Source: Planctomycetota bacterium
GTDB taxonomy: Bacteria; Planctomycetota; UBA1135
Direction: 5' to 3'
Length of the DNA stretch: 18,739 nucleotides
Assembly: GCA_045047305.1 (NCBI GenBank)
Contig: JASFYO010000047.1
Span: 1-18,739, forward strand
The position numbers were made by a program, and so were the translations under genes. Below, piece after piece: positions 1 to 8,031 of this stretch. Position 1 is the first letter of the stretch. Each line of letters begins with the position of its first letter. The notes beneath the pieces are model-generated. The model made no database searches, had not been told where the DNA came from, and saw only the letters and a program-made list of their open reading frames with translations.

Positions 1-135
1 CTTGGTTGCCTTACGCTTGGTGGCCTTCTTTTTGGTCACCTTACGCTTGGTTGCCTTCTTCTTCGTGGCCTTCCGTTTGGTGGCCTTACGTTTTGTGGCC
101 TTCTTCTTAGTGGCCTTTTTCTTAGTAGCTTTTTT
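1..135 (-). repeat. Imperfect 15-bp tandem repeat encoding the pentapeptide K(K/R)K(A/V)T, about 9 copies visible
   Basis: Plus-strand units such as ttggtggccttctt / ttggttgccttacg recur every 15 nt, with synonymous variation between copies. Confidence 0.85.
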
Positions 136-147
136 TCTTGCAGCCAT
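1..147 (-). CDS. Histone H1/Hc2-like Lys-rich nucleoid protein (5' part; runs off the window start)
   Basis: Not in the ORF track. Minus-strand ATG at 147 with GGAG just upstream (aaacGGAGtcaagATG). Manual translation: MAARKKATKKKATKKKATKRKATKRKATKKKATKRKVTKKKATKRKATK..., with no stop inside the window. Confidence 0.85.
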   Translation of the reverse strand, partial: MAARKKATKKKATKKKATKRKATKRKATKKKATKRKVTKKKATKRKATK

Positions 148-271
148 CTTGACTCCGTTTCTGGATCCAGAGAAACAACGAACCCGGTGGCTAAACATGT
201 GGGCACGTCGAGGGAGAACACACACCTCATGCCTACGACATGTGGTGCTTGTTTAGTTCCCATCGGCGGAC

Positions 272-321
272 AAAATAAAAATTCTCCCGGAAACCAGTTG
301 GAATTGGTTTCCGGGAGAATT
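272..321 (-). terminator. Rho-independent terminator downstream of rpmB
   Basis: Perfect 17-bp inverted repeat AATTCTCCCGGAAACCA (280-296) / TGGTTTCCGGGAGAATT (305-321). On the minus strand it is followed by a U-rich tract (plus strand caaaataaaa, 271-280) and it lies 20 nt after the rpmB stop. Confidence 0.9.
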
Positions 322-341
322 AGGAATACGCTCGAGAGCGT

Positions 342-650
342 TTAAGAGTTGATCTTGCTGAACTCGCGGTTGCGTCCGCGCAAAGCTTTGACCAGTGGTA
401 CGGTCTGCATGCGACCTTCCAACATGATCTCAATCTCGCCGCGCTTGATCACCGAAGTGGCCAGACGCATACGGCGTACGGTGCCATTTGGCAGCAGTAC
501 ACGGAGCTTTTGGATGTTCGACTTGAACTTCCGTTTCGTGTGGCCGGTCGTTTTAAGACCAACACCACCTTTCTTTTTAGGCAAACCGCGACGGGCAATA
601 CTCTTGCCGGCCTTGGTGCCTTTACCTGTTACTTCGCAACGTCGTGCCAT
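342..650 (-). CDS. rpmB: 50S ribosomal protein L28 (PVC-type, with C-terminal extension)
   Basis: MARRCEVTGK...GHTKRKFKSNIQ matches the L28 pattern. The RRGLPKKKGGVGLKTTG insert is typical of PVC-superphylum L28. Only one N-terminal Cys is present. Confidence 0.93.
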   Translation of the reverse strand: MARRCEVTGKGTKAGKSIARRGLPKKKGGVGLKTTGHTKRKFKSNIQKLRVLLPNGTVRRMRLATSVIKRGEIEIMLEGRMQTVPLVKALRGRNREFSKINS

Positions 651-692
651 GATTATTTTTCTGACCGCTTACCGGGGTCAAACGGGCCGAAT

Positions 693-721
693 ATTCTAGG
701 AGCGGACGCATTCCACGTCAA
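693..721 (-). promoter_or_regulatory. sigma70 promoter for rpmB
   Basis: Minus strand TTGACG (721-716), 17-nt spacer, TAGAAT (698-693), about 40 nt upstream of the rpmB ATG. Confidence 0.8.
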
Positions 722-764
722 TGGCAAGCTGTGAACTGCTTTCTATCCATCTTCAAGCACTACC

Positions 765-793
765 TTGACCAGAATCTAGGGGGGCGAGACAAT
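765..793 (+). promoter_or_regulatory. sigma70 promoter for the gcv operon
   Basis: TTGACC (765-770), 17-nt spacer, GACAAT (788-793). The predicted TSS near 800 coincides with the 5' end of the riboswitch. Confidence 0.7.
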
Positions 794-799
794 ATCATC

Positions 800-926
800 C
801 CGCAAGACGGCTGTGGGAGAGACCGGGACACCGGCACCGAAGGGGCAAACTGCAATGGCAGCCAATCTCTCAGGTAAATGAACTGCAGCCCGACGGACCC
901 TGAATCGTCACCCCGACCCAGACAGG
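800..926 (+). ncRNA. Glycine riboswitch (single aptamer plus 3' ghost aptamer; type-1 singlet architecture)
   Basis: Aptamer hallmarks GGAGAGA...CACCGAAGGGGCAA...AATCTCTCAGGTAAA. P1 is ggctgtgg (809-816) / ctgcagcc (883-890). A leader-linker kink-turn is formed by CCG-CAA-GA (800-807) / GA-CGG (892-896). The ghost stem is cctg (899-902) / cagg (923-926). It lies directly upstream of gcvT. Confidence 0.92.
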
Positions 927-957
927 ACGCCCACCATGGCGTCCTTTTTTCGTTTTT
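924..957 (+). terminator. Riboswitch-controlled intrinsic terminator (attenuator) before gcvT
   Basis: AGGACGCC (924-931), loop caccat, GGCGTCCT (938-945), then TTTTTCGTTTTT. Its 5' arm overlaps the 3' strand of the ghost aptamer. Confidence 0.85.
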
Positions 958-958
958 C

Positions 959-2047
959 ATGGCTACATCCTCACCCGAAACTGTCCTCCAGACCCCTCTC
1001 GCGAGCAATCACGAGGGCCTGGGCGCCAAAATGGTCCCATTCGCTGGCTGGAAGATGCCACTTGATTACGGCTCCATCCTGGGCGAATCGCGCGCCGTCC
1101 GCACCACGGCTGGCATCTTCGATGTCTCGCACATGGCACGTTTTCTGTTCACTGGCCCGCATGCAGCTGCGGAACTGGATGCAGCACTTGGTGGCTCGAT
1201 CCTCGATCAGCCGATTGGCAAAGCCCGCTACACCATGATCTTGCAGGAAGACGGCGGCATCATGGACGATCTCATCACCTATCGCACCACCGATGAGGAG
1301 ATATTCATGGTGGTGAATGCTGCAAACCGGCATCGCGACTGGGAAATCCTTACCAGCCGCCTCGATCAAACCGAATGCACCGACCTCACCGAAGATGGAG
1401 GCGGCATCTTGGCCATCCAAGGCCCGGAATCTCATCGCATGCTTGCACAACTCAGTGGAACCGATGACTTCTGCCCGGCATTCCTCGACTTAGCCAACAT
1501 TCCATCTCCATGGGGTGACCTTTTCATCGCGCGTACCGGATACACCGGTGAACACGGCTATGAAATCTTCGTTTCCGCAGAGCAAATCGTTCCAGTGTGG
1601 GAAAAATTGTTGGAGCTCGGCGCTGCACCCGTCGGCCTAGGCTCGCGCGATGTTTTGCGCTTGGAAGCCTGTCTTGCGCTTTACGGCCACGAAATCCACG
1701 AGAAAATCACCCCGCTCGACGCCGGACTGCGCTTTGCCATTAAGGGATGGAAAACACGGGAGTTCATCGGCGGCGAAGCTTTACGTGCCATGAGTGAGCC
1801 CACCATTGAGTTGGCTGGATTCACTGCTGAAAAGCGCGTACCCCGTGAAGGCTATGCAATCTTCTGTGATGGCGAACAGGTCGGTGAGATTTGCAGCGGC
1901 GTCTACTCTGCGACTCTCGATCACCCCATCGCAACCGGCTACATCAAGAAAGGCGTCGATGGCGCCTTCACCGTCGACTTCCGTGGCAAACAGTTGCCGG
2001 TCGAACGCTCTGCCATGCCTTTCGTCGCGCATAACTCGCGCGGCTAA
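959..2047 (+). CDS. gcvT: Glycine cleavage system aminomethyltransferase T
   Basis: Motifs GAKMVPFAGWKMP, GIFDVSHM, ARTGYTGEHGYE, GLGSRDVLRLEA. Start placed at ATG 959 because the track's 878 start lies inside the riboswitch. Confidence 0.96.
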   Translation: MATSSPETVLQTPLASNHEGLGAKMVPFAGWKMPLDYGSILGESRAVRTTAGIFDVSHMARFLFTGPHAAAELDAALGGSILDQPIGKARYTMILQEDGGIMDDLITYRTTDEEIFMVVNAANRHRDWEILTSRLDQTECTDLTEDGGGILAIQGPESHRMLAQLSGTDDFCPAFLDLANIPSPWGDLFIARTGYTGEHGYEIFVSAEQIVPVWEKLLELGAAPVGLGSRDVLRLEACLALYGHEIHEKITPLDAGLRFAIKGWKTREFIGGEALRAMSEPTIELAGFTAEKRVPREGYAIFCDGEQVGEICSGVYSATLDHPIATGYIKKGVDGAFTVDFRGKQLPVERSAMPFVAHNSRG

Positions 2048-2083
2048 CCCTCATTCGCTTACCCCAAGCACATAAATAGAAAC

Positions 2084-2467
2084 ATGCGTCCTGAAGACCG
2101 TTCTTACCTAGACAGCCACGAGTGGGCCAAACTTGATGGCGACATCGTGACCATCGGCATTACCGATTTCGCTGTAGAGCAACTTGGCGAGCTGGTTTAC
2201 CTAGATTTGCCAGAGGTAGGCCGCACCTTAGATAAAGGTGAAGCTTTCGGTGAAGTGGAATCCGTGAAAGCGGTTTCCGATGTCAACTCCCCCGTCGCAG
2301 GTGAGGTCATTGAAACCAACGCAGGCCTCCCCGATGACCTCGAAGCCCTGCAAAACGATGCACTCGACGGCGGTTGGCTAATCAAGGTCAAAGTCTCTGG
2401 CGCCGACGTCCTCGACGGCCTCAAGAATGCAGCTGCTTATGAAGAAGTGGTTGCTTCCGAAAGCTAA
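2084..2467 (+). CDS. gcvH: Glycine cleavage system H protein
   Basis: SHEWAK, GITDFAVEQLGE and the lipoyl-lysine motif GEVESVKAVSD; operon position. Confidence 0.97.
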   Translation: MRPEDRSYLDSHEWAKLDGDIVTIGITDFAVEQLGELVYLDLPEVGRTLDKGEAFGEVESVKAVSDVNSPVAGEVIETNAGLPDDLEALQNDALDGGWLIKVKVSGADVLDGLKNAAAYEEVVASES

Positions 2468-2482
2468 ACCCATTCCCTAGCT

Positions 2483-3835
2483 ATGCCTTACATCCAGAAC
2501 TCCGACGCCGACCGCGAAGCCATGCTCGCTGAAGTCGGCGTGGACTCGGTACGCGCACTCTTTGATTCGCTTCCGCAGGATCAATTGCTCGACCGAGACC
2601 TCGCTATCGATCCCGGCCTCAATGAGGATCAACTGCAACGCCACCTCGCCAAACTTGGTGCAGAAAACCTACCTGCTGCAGGTGCATGTTTTCTCGGTGG
2701 TGGCTTTTACGATCATGCTTGGCCGGCGCTAGTCGACCACTTGATGCAGCGCTCGGAGTTTTTGACTGCATACACCCCGTATCAACCGGAGTGTTCGCAG
2801 GGCACCCTGCAGTGGATCTTTGAGTTCCAAACCATGATCGCCGAATTGTGCGGTTGCGATGTCGCCAATGCCTCGATGTACGACGGCGCCTCGGCTGCTG
2901 CGGAAGCCGCACTGATGGCGATGAACTCCACGCGCCGGAGCAAGGTGGTGGTTTCTGCAGGCATGCACCCCGACACCCGCGCAACCATTGAGACTTACCT
3001 CAAGCACATCGATGCTGAAGTGGTCACAGCACCATTAGTCGATGGCGTAACCGCATGGAGGGATTTAGTGGATGATCAAACCGCTGCCGTGATGGTGCAG
3101 CAACCGAATTACCTCGGCAACATCGAATCGATGGCGCCAGTGGTAGAGCTCGCAAAATCAGTCAAAGCGCAATCGGTGGCATCGGTCTATCCAGTGGCTT
3201 TAGGGCTACTGAATTCTCCAGGCGAACACGGCTTCGACATTGTGGTGGGCGACGGCCAAAGTTTGGGCGTACCGCTCGGTTATGGCGGTCCAAGTTTCGG
3301 CTTCTTTGCATCGACGCAAAAGTCGGTTCGTAAACTCCCAGGGCGCCTAGTTGGCATCTCTGAGGACACCGAAGGCAAACGGGCTTACACCCTCACCTTC
3401 CAAACTCGGGAGCAGCATATTCGGCGCGAAAAGGCGACTTCGAACATCTGCACCAACAACGCTTTGATTGCCTTACGCGGCTGCATGCACATGGCAGCTT
3501 TGGGGCCACAAGGCCTTGAGGAGGTCGCTTGTGTTTCGCGACAACGTGCACTGGAAATGGTTTCGATTCTAGAAAGCGCCGGTTTCGAGCGTGCCTTCCC
3601 CAATGCCGCCTTCTTCAATGAGGTTGCCTTCCGCGCGCCAAGCGAAGAACACATGTTGTCCTTCAAAACCGCACTGCGCAACCAAGGGCTCTACGGCGTC
3701 CTCCCCATGGGCAAAGATTACCCGAACATGGCCGACGTCTTCACCATGGCTTGCACCGAACGCACCTTGGAAGAAGATTTAGTTCGCCTGGGCAAAATCG
3801 CTGCATCGGTCTTGCAGCAGGAGGTCGCACGATGA
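2483..3835 (+). CDS. gcvPA: Glycine dehydrogenase (decarboxylating) subunit 1
   Basis: FLTAYTPYQPECSQGTLQ, NASMYDGA, QTREQHIRREKATSNICTN. Confidence 0.96.
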   Translation: MPYIQNSDADREAMLAEVGVDSVRALFDSLPQDQLLDRDLAIDPGLNEDQLQRHLAKLGAENLPAAGACFLGGGFYDHAWPALVDHLMQRSEFLTAYTPYQPECSQGTLQWIFEFQTMIAELCGCDVANASMYDGASAAAEAALMAMNSTRRSKVVVSAGMHPDTRATIETYLKHIDAEVVTAPLVDGVTAWRDLVDDQTAAVMVQQPNYLGNIESMAPVVELAKSVKAQSVASVYPVALGLLNSPGEHGFDIVVGDGQSLGVPLGYGGPSFGFFASTQKSVRKLPGRLVGISEDTEGKRAYTLTFQTREQHIRREKATSNICTNNALIALRGCMHMAALGPQGLEEVACVSRQRALEMVSILESAGFERAFPNAAFFNEVAFRAPSEEHMLSFKTALRNQGLYGVLPMGKDYPNMADVFTMACTERTLEEDLVRLGKIAASVLQQEVAR

Positions 3836-5289
3836 GACTTACCCCCGTCAATTTGTTGTTTGAAGATTCTCGCCCCGGACGTCGCACCATGCAGACACCT
3901 GGAGCGGACCGCGCTGCCGCAACCGTCGGCCTACCGAGTGAAGAACTACGCGCAAAACCCGTTGCTTGGCCAGAAATGGGCGAGCTCGATTTAGTGCGTC
4001 ACTTCACGCGTTTGAGCCAGCGCAACTACGCCATCACCACCAACTTCTATCCACTCGGTTCGTGCACCATGAAGTACAACCCGGTGGTGAATGAAGCGAT
4101 TGCAGGTCAAGCTGCATGGACTGGGCTGCACCCGTTGCAGGACGATAGTTCGGTACAAGGCGCATTAAAAGTCATGCATGACTTGGCTGCGGACCTCGGC
4201 GAAGCCACTGGATTGCCGGGCGTGACTCTGCATCCGGCTGCTGGTGCGCATGGCGAACTCACCGCGCTTATGGTGCTGCGCGCTTGGCTCGATGAGCAAG
4301 GGCAAAAGGATCGGCGCACGATTCTGATTCCGGATAGCGCACACGGCACCAACCCTGCATCCTGCACCTTGGCGGGATTCAAAGTCGTCACCGTGAAGTC
4401 CAACGACATGGGGCTCACCGACATGGATGACTTGCGCACCCATCTTGGCAATCACGTCGCGGGCATGATGATCACCAACCCGAACACGCTTGGTTTGTTC
4501 GAGGACAACATCGCGGAAATCTGCGAGTTGATCCATCAAGCGGGCGGCAAGGTTTACATGGACGGCGCGAACTTCAATGCCATCATGGGCATTGCACGTC
4601 CGGGTGACTTCGGCATCGACATGATGCACTTAAACTTGCACAAAACCATGTCCACGCCTCACGGTGGCGGCGGCCCTGGTTCCGGACCGATTTGCGTTAC
4701 TGCAGAGCTCGCAAAATATTTGCCGGCACCCTCAGTGGTCGAAACAAACGGCAAGTATCGCTTACGTACCCCAGAAGCCAGCATTGGTCGGGTGCGCGCG
4801 TTCCATGGCAACTTCATGGTGCTGTTGCGCGCCTACTCTTACGTGAAACGATTGGGTGCCATCGGCATTCGTCGGGTTGCTGAGAATGCGGTGCTCAATG
4901 CAAACTACCTGCGGGTGAAGGTGCGTGACCACTGGCGCGTGCCCCACGACCGCATCTGTATGCACGAATTCGTTGCGCGGCCGACCAAGCAAATGCGTGA
5001 AGCTGGCATCCACACCATGGATGTCGCCAAGCGCCTGATTGAGCTTGGTTATCACCCACCTACGGTTTACTTCCCGCTCGTGGTCAACGAAGCCATCATG
5101 GCCGAGCCAACCGAAACCGAGTCGCGCGAAACTCTAGATCGTTTTGCAGCAGCCATGATTCAAGTGGCCAAGGAAGCGATTGCTGGTGAAGAATTCTTAC
5201 ACGCCGCGCCGCGCAACATGCCGGTAACTCGTGTGGATGAAGCCATGGCAGTGAAGAATCCTTATCTTCGCTTTCGCAACGAGGGCTAA
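3832..5289 (+). CDS. gcvPB: Glycine dehydrogenase (decarboxylating) subunit 2
   Basis: YPLGSCTMKYNP, SAHGTNPAS and the PLP-lysine motif HLNLHKTMSTPHGGGGPG. ATG 3832 overlaps the gcvPA stop (ATGA) and has a strong SD, AGGAGGT (3819-3825). Confidence 0.96.
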   Translation: MRLTPVNLLFEDSRPGRRTMQTPGADRAAATVGLPSEELRAKPVAWPEMGELDLVRHFTRLSQRNYAITTNFYPLGSCTMKYNPVVNEAIAGQAAWTGLHPLQDDSSVQGALKVMHDLAADLGEATGLPGVTLHPAAGAHGELTALMVLRAWLDEQGQKDRRTILIPDSAHGTNPASCTLAGFKVVTVKSNDMGLTDMDDLRTHLGNHVAGMMITNPNTLGLFEDNIAEICELIHQAGGKVYMDGANFNAIMGIARPGDFGIDMMHLNLHKTMSTPHGGGGPGSGPICVTAELAKYLPAPSVVETNGKYRLRTPEASIGRVRAFHGNFMVLLRAYSYVKRLGAIGIRRVAENAVLNANYLRVKVRDHWRVPHDRICMHEFVARPTKQMREAGIHTMDVAKRLIELGYHPPTVYFPLVVNEAIMAEPTETESRETLDRFAAAMIQVAKEAIAGEEFLHAAPRNMPVTRVDEAMAVKNPYLRFRNEG

Positions 5290-5342
5290 GGATTTCTCCC
5301 CACCCACAGCACCGTGCTGGGCGACGTCTTGAAGACGGCGCC

Positions 5343-6026
5343 TTGCACGGTGCACTCAATATGGCACGTGACGAGGCGTTATTGGCTTGTCGCAGCATCC
5401 CCACCTTGCGCTTCTACCGTTGGGCCACACCGACTCTGTCTTTGGGCTACTTCCAACCTGCGCATGATCTTCCTCTAGAGGAAGTCCGCGCCCGTGGTTG
5501 CGACATCGTTCGCCGCTCCACCGGAGGCAAGGCGATTCTGCATGAGGCAGAACTCACTTACTCCCTGTGTGCGCCAGAGATCGATGCCCTCTCTGGCGGG
5601 CCCGCAGCTGCGATGACCGCGATTCATCAAGCTCTCGGAGGCGAGCTCGCGCGACAAGCCGGGGTCGATGTCCCCCTCCGACGCGAGTCCACCTTGCACT
5701 CAGACCATCAAGGCAGCGCCTGGTGCTTTGAGGACAGCTCCCCGCTCGACCTCACCCTCGGCGCGCGCAAGCTCCTTGGCAGTGCCGCTCGACGCAAGGA
5801 TGGATGGATCTTGTTCCATGGCTCCTTGGTGCTAGAGAAGCCGGTAGAGAACCCTGGGATTGCTGCCTTAGGCTTTGAGCCCGACCGCGACGCGCTTAGT
5901 GCCGCATTAGGTGCTGCTCTAGGCTACGACTTTACAGCTGGAGCATGGAGCGCGAAGGAGCTCGAGCAGGCCAAGACGATTGCTGCGGCCAAGTATGCCA
6001 GCGATGGCTTTACTTTTCGGCGATAG
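5343..6026 (+). CDS. Lipoate-protein ligase A / LipM-like octanoyltransferase (BPL_LplA_LipB family); true start probably further upstream
   Basis: NMARDEALL, PTLRFYRW, LSLGYFQ, VRRSTGGKAILH, catalytic-Lys region RKLLGSA, HGSL. It lacks the LplA C-terminal domain and lies in the gcv operon, consistent with lipoylation of GcvH. Confidence 0.88.
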   Translation: MHGALNMARDEALLACRSIPTLRFYRWATPTLSLGYFQPAHDLPLEEVRARGCDIVRRSTGGKAILHEAELTYSLCAPEIDALSGGPAAAMTAIHQALGGELARQAGVDVPLRRESTLHSDHQGSAWCFEDSSPLDLTLGARKLLGSAARRKDGWILFHGSLVLEKPVENPGIAALGFEPDRDALSAALGAALGYDFTAGAWSAKELEQAKTIAAAKYASDGFTFRR

Positions 6027-6098
6027 AGCTCGGAGTCAGTCTTAGGCAAAAAAGAAACGCGTTAGGTTGAAGAAAACCAGGTACGCAAGGGGCGTGGG

Positions 6099-6974
6099 TT
6101 AGTCCTCGAGCGAAGCAAAGAAACGATTCAGAGCTGAATAATACTCCCATCCTTGAGGGGTGTTGTGGCCTCCGCCGGCAATCACTACGAATTGCTTGGG
6201 GCCTTGGGCCGCAGCAAAAAGCTTCTTGCCTAGAGAAAAAGGAATGGTTGCGTCGCGATTGCCGTGACTTTGGAACAGGGGGCCTGCATAGTTCTGCAGC
6301 GCATCCAGGGAGTTCAACTTGTCCTTGGGCACCAACCAAGACAGATTCGGCGCTGCAACTTCTGCGATATCCTTAAAGGAGGAAAAGGTGCTTTCAAGAA
6401 TCAAGGCACGGGGGACGATGTCGCGGGTGAGGTCAGCAGCGATGGCACCGCCGAGAGAGCGCCCCATCAAGACGATTTGGTTTTCCTTGACACTTGCGAG
6501 TTCGGCAAGCTTGGAGCGTGCAGCGCGGGCATCTTGCAACACGCCAATCACCGTTGGCACGCCTTCACTACGACCATAACCTCGGTAGTCAAAAATCAGC
6601 ACGCTGACGCCGAGGGAATCACGGAGGTACTGCATCAGCGAGCCTCGGTGCGCAAGATGTCCGCCATTGCCGTGCGCATAGAGCACGACCGCCTTGGGAT
6701 TAGGGTGCTCAAAATACCAGGCGTGCAATGGGGTGTTGTCTTCTGCCCGGAACCAGACATCGGCATAATCCAATCCTTCTGGCTCCCAGTTCCCATCTGG
6801 ATAGGTGGTCGGGAAAAACAAGAACCATTCGTCGGGAGTGACAGCAACTTCAGCTGCTTGATTCACCTTGGCAGATGATTTTTCCAAACTTCCCTCGGAA
6901 GCAGTACATCCGCATCCAACCGCGAACAACAAGGCACCAACCCAAAAAATTCTGTGAAGGGATCGCAAGGGCAT
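6099..6974 (-). CDS. Alpha/beta hydrolase (YfhR/ABHD13-like), probable lipoprotein
   Basis: HGNGG oxyanion region, DYRGYGRSEG, nucleophile motif GRSLGG, Asp in HGNRD, His in GGGHN. N-terminal hydrophobic segment with lipobox-like FAVGC. Confidence 0.9.
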   Translation of the reverse strand: MPLRSLHRIFWVGALLFAVGCGCTASEGSLEKSSAKVNQAAEVAVTPDEWFLFFPTTYPDGNWEPEGLDYADVWFRAEDNTPLHAWYFEHPNPKAVVLYAHGNGGHLAHRGSLMQYLRDSLGVSVLIFDYRGYGRSEGVPTVIGVLQDARAARSKLAELASVKENQIVLMGRSLGGAIAADLTRDIVPRALILESTFSSFKDIAEVAAPNLSWLVPKDKLNSLDALQNYAGPLFQSHGNRDATIPFSLGKKLFAAAQGPKQFVVIAGGGHNTPQGWEYYSALNRFFASLED

Positions 6975-6980
6975 AGGGTT

Positions 6981-7142
6981 CTAATCAGGTTTATTGATGG
7001 TGATCACACGCGCGCCAATCATGCACACGGGCAGTAAGGCGGCAAGAAAAGAAACGTGGTACCACAATGGCATGACACTCCAATACGACGCTTGGGCCAG
7101 GATACCGGAGCCGAGCAACACAGCCAGGATTTTGCGTCCCAT
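6981..7142 (-). CDS. Small membrane protein, 53 aa (MGRKILAVLLG...)
   Basis: ATG 7142 lies 2 nt after the SRPBCC stop and is preceded by GGAG. The protein has two hydrophobic segments and fills the operon gap, ending 6 nt before the hydrolase start. Confidence 0.6.
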   Translation of the reverse strand: MGRKILAVLLGSGILAQASYWSVMPLWYHVSFLAALLPVCMIGARVITINKPD

Positions 7143-7144
7143 GC

Positions 7145-7678
7145 TTATTCTCCATCCACTGGCCAGTTTTCGGAGCGGCAACGTTTCGGCGAAATCGGCT
7201 CAAGCACCTTGAAGAGAACGAACAGCAGCCGTGTGCCAAAACTGGGGCGCCCCGTTTCGATGACGGCTTTCAACGTATTCACAATCATGCTGCCGCCTTG
7301 CTTCATTTGTTTGGCAGTCTTGGTGCCTTCTGGTGCTTCCGTAACGGTAAGCGTGAACTCTACGCCTCCACTGACCTCCATTAGGTCATAGGCCACTATG
7401 CACTCTGGATCAGTAAAGCTCGTAAAGCGAAAGGTATGCACAAATCGGTGTGGCGCCTCGCACTCTAAAATCTTGCCGACAACGCCGGTGTATTTACCAT
7501 TGCCAGTGCGCATCGCGAGCTTTGATCCGGCCTTCAGCTCTTCAACATGCATTTGCGAATTGAAAAATGCTGGGATGGGTGAATCGGTACGCGTGATCTC
7601 GTGCCAGACATCGGCAATGCTGCCTTTTATGACAACTTTGAAAACCATGGGCTGAGCGGGGTTGGGGGCATCAGGCAT
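7145..7678 (-). CDS. SRPBCC/AHSA1 (START-like) ligand-binding domain protein
   Basis: Pattern VIKGSIADVWHEIT...GKILECEAPHRFVHTF...VEFTLT...NTLKAVIETG. Start MPDAPNP at 7678 overlaps the ArsR stop. ArsR-SRPBCC pairing is well known. Confidence 0.85.
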   Translation of the reverse strand: MPDAPNPAQPMVFKVVIKGSIADVWHEITRTDSPIPAFFNSQMHVEELKAGSKLAMRTGNGKYTGVVGKILECEAPHRFVHTFRFTSFTDPECIVAYDLMEVSGGVEFTLTVTEAPEGTKTAKQMKQGGSMIVNTLKAVIETGRPSFGTRLLFVLFKVLEPISPKRCRSENWPVDGE

Positions 7679-8030
7679 TTTTCTTATTCCTTTTTTGCGC
7701 ACGTGCTTGCACGCGCTGTTGCATATCCGCCAAACGTCCGGCCCAGAATGAGCTTTCATCAGAAGTCCAGCGGTCGTAGATGCCCTGGATTGGCATCGGG
7801 TTGAAATAGAGTTTGCGACTGCGCCCGTCCTTTTCACTGGTCATCAAACCAGCCTGCTCCAACCGTGCCAGATGCTTCATCGTGGCAATGCGACTAAAGG
7901 AAAAGTGCGATGCAACCCCTGCCACCGTCATGCCCGGGGTCGCTTTCACCAAATCCATCATCTGCCGCCGTGCAGCATGGGCGATGGCTTGATAGACGAG
8001 GTCCTCGGGGGTTTGCGGATCCGGGCTCAT
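7671..8030 (-). CDS. ArsR/SmtB family transcriptional regulator
   Basis: YQAIAHAARRQMMDLV...MTVAGVASHFSFSRIATMKHLARLEQAGLMTSEKDGRSRKLYFNPMPI winged-HTH pattern. No Cys metal site is visible. Confidence 0.9.
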   Translation of the reverse strand: MSPDPQTPEDLVYQAIAHAARRQMMDLVKATPGMTVAGVASHFSFSRIATMKHLARLEQAGLMTSEKDGRSRKLYFNPMPIQGIYDRWTSDESSFWAGRLADMQQRVQARAQKRNKKNA

Positions 8031-8031
8031 T

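Noticed and set aside
1..135. CRISPR-like or VNTR non-coding repeat
   Set aside because: The units are contiguous 15-mers without spacers and vary at synonymous positions, so the repeat is protein-coding.
2..263. Track ORFs 2..256 (+, VAFF/LRL repeats) and 36..263 (-)
   Set aside because: They are the antisense and alternative-frame shadows of the Lys-rich repeat gene starting at 147, which has its own SD.
878..958. N-terminal extension of GcvT in the ORF track, and ORF 760..1008 (-)
   Set aside because: The region is occupied by the glycine riboswitch and its terminator; GcvT-like sequence begins after ATG 959.
3751..3831. Longer start for gcvPB
   Set aside because: It overlaps gcvPA by 85 nt, whereas ATG 3832 has a strong SD and an ATGA coupling.
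6027..6098. Terminator between the convergent lipoyl transferase and hydrolase genes
   Set aside because: An A-tract is present but the adjacent stem is short and imperfect, which is not enough to call.
7679..7837. Longer start for the SRPBCC gene
   Set aside because: It lies inside the ArsR gene; ATG 7678 gives a normal short overlap and domain start.
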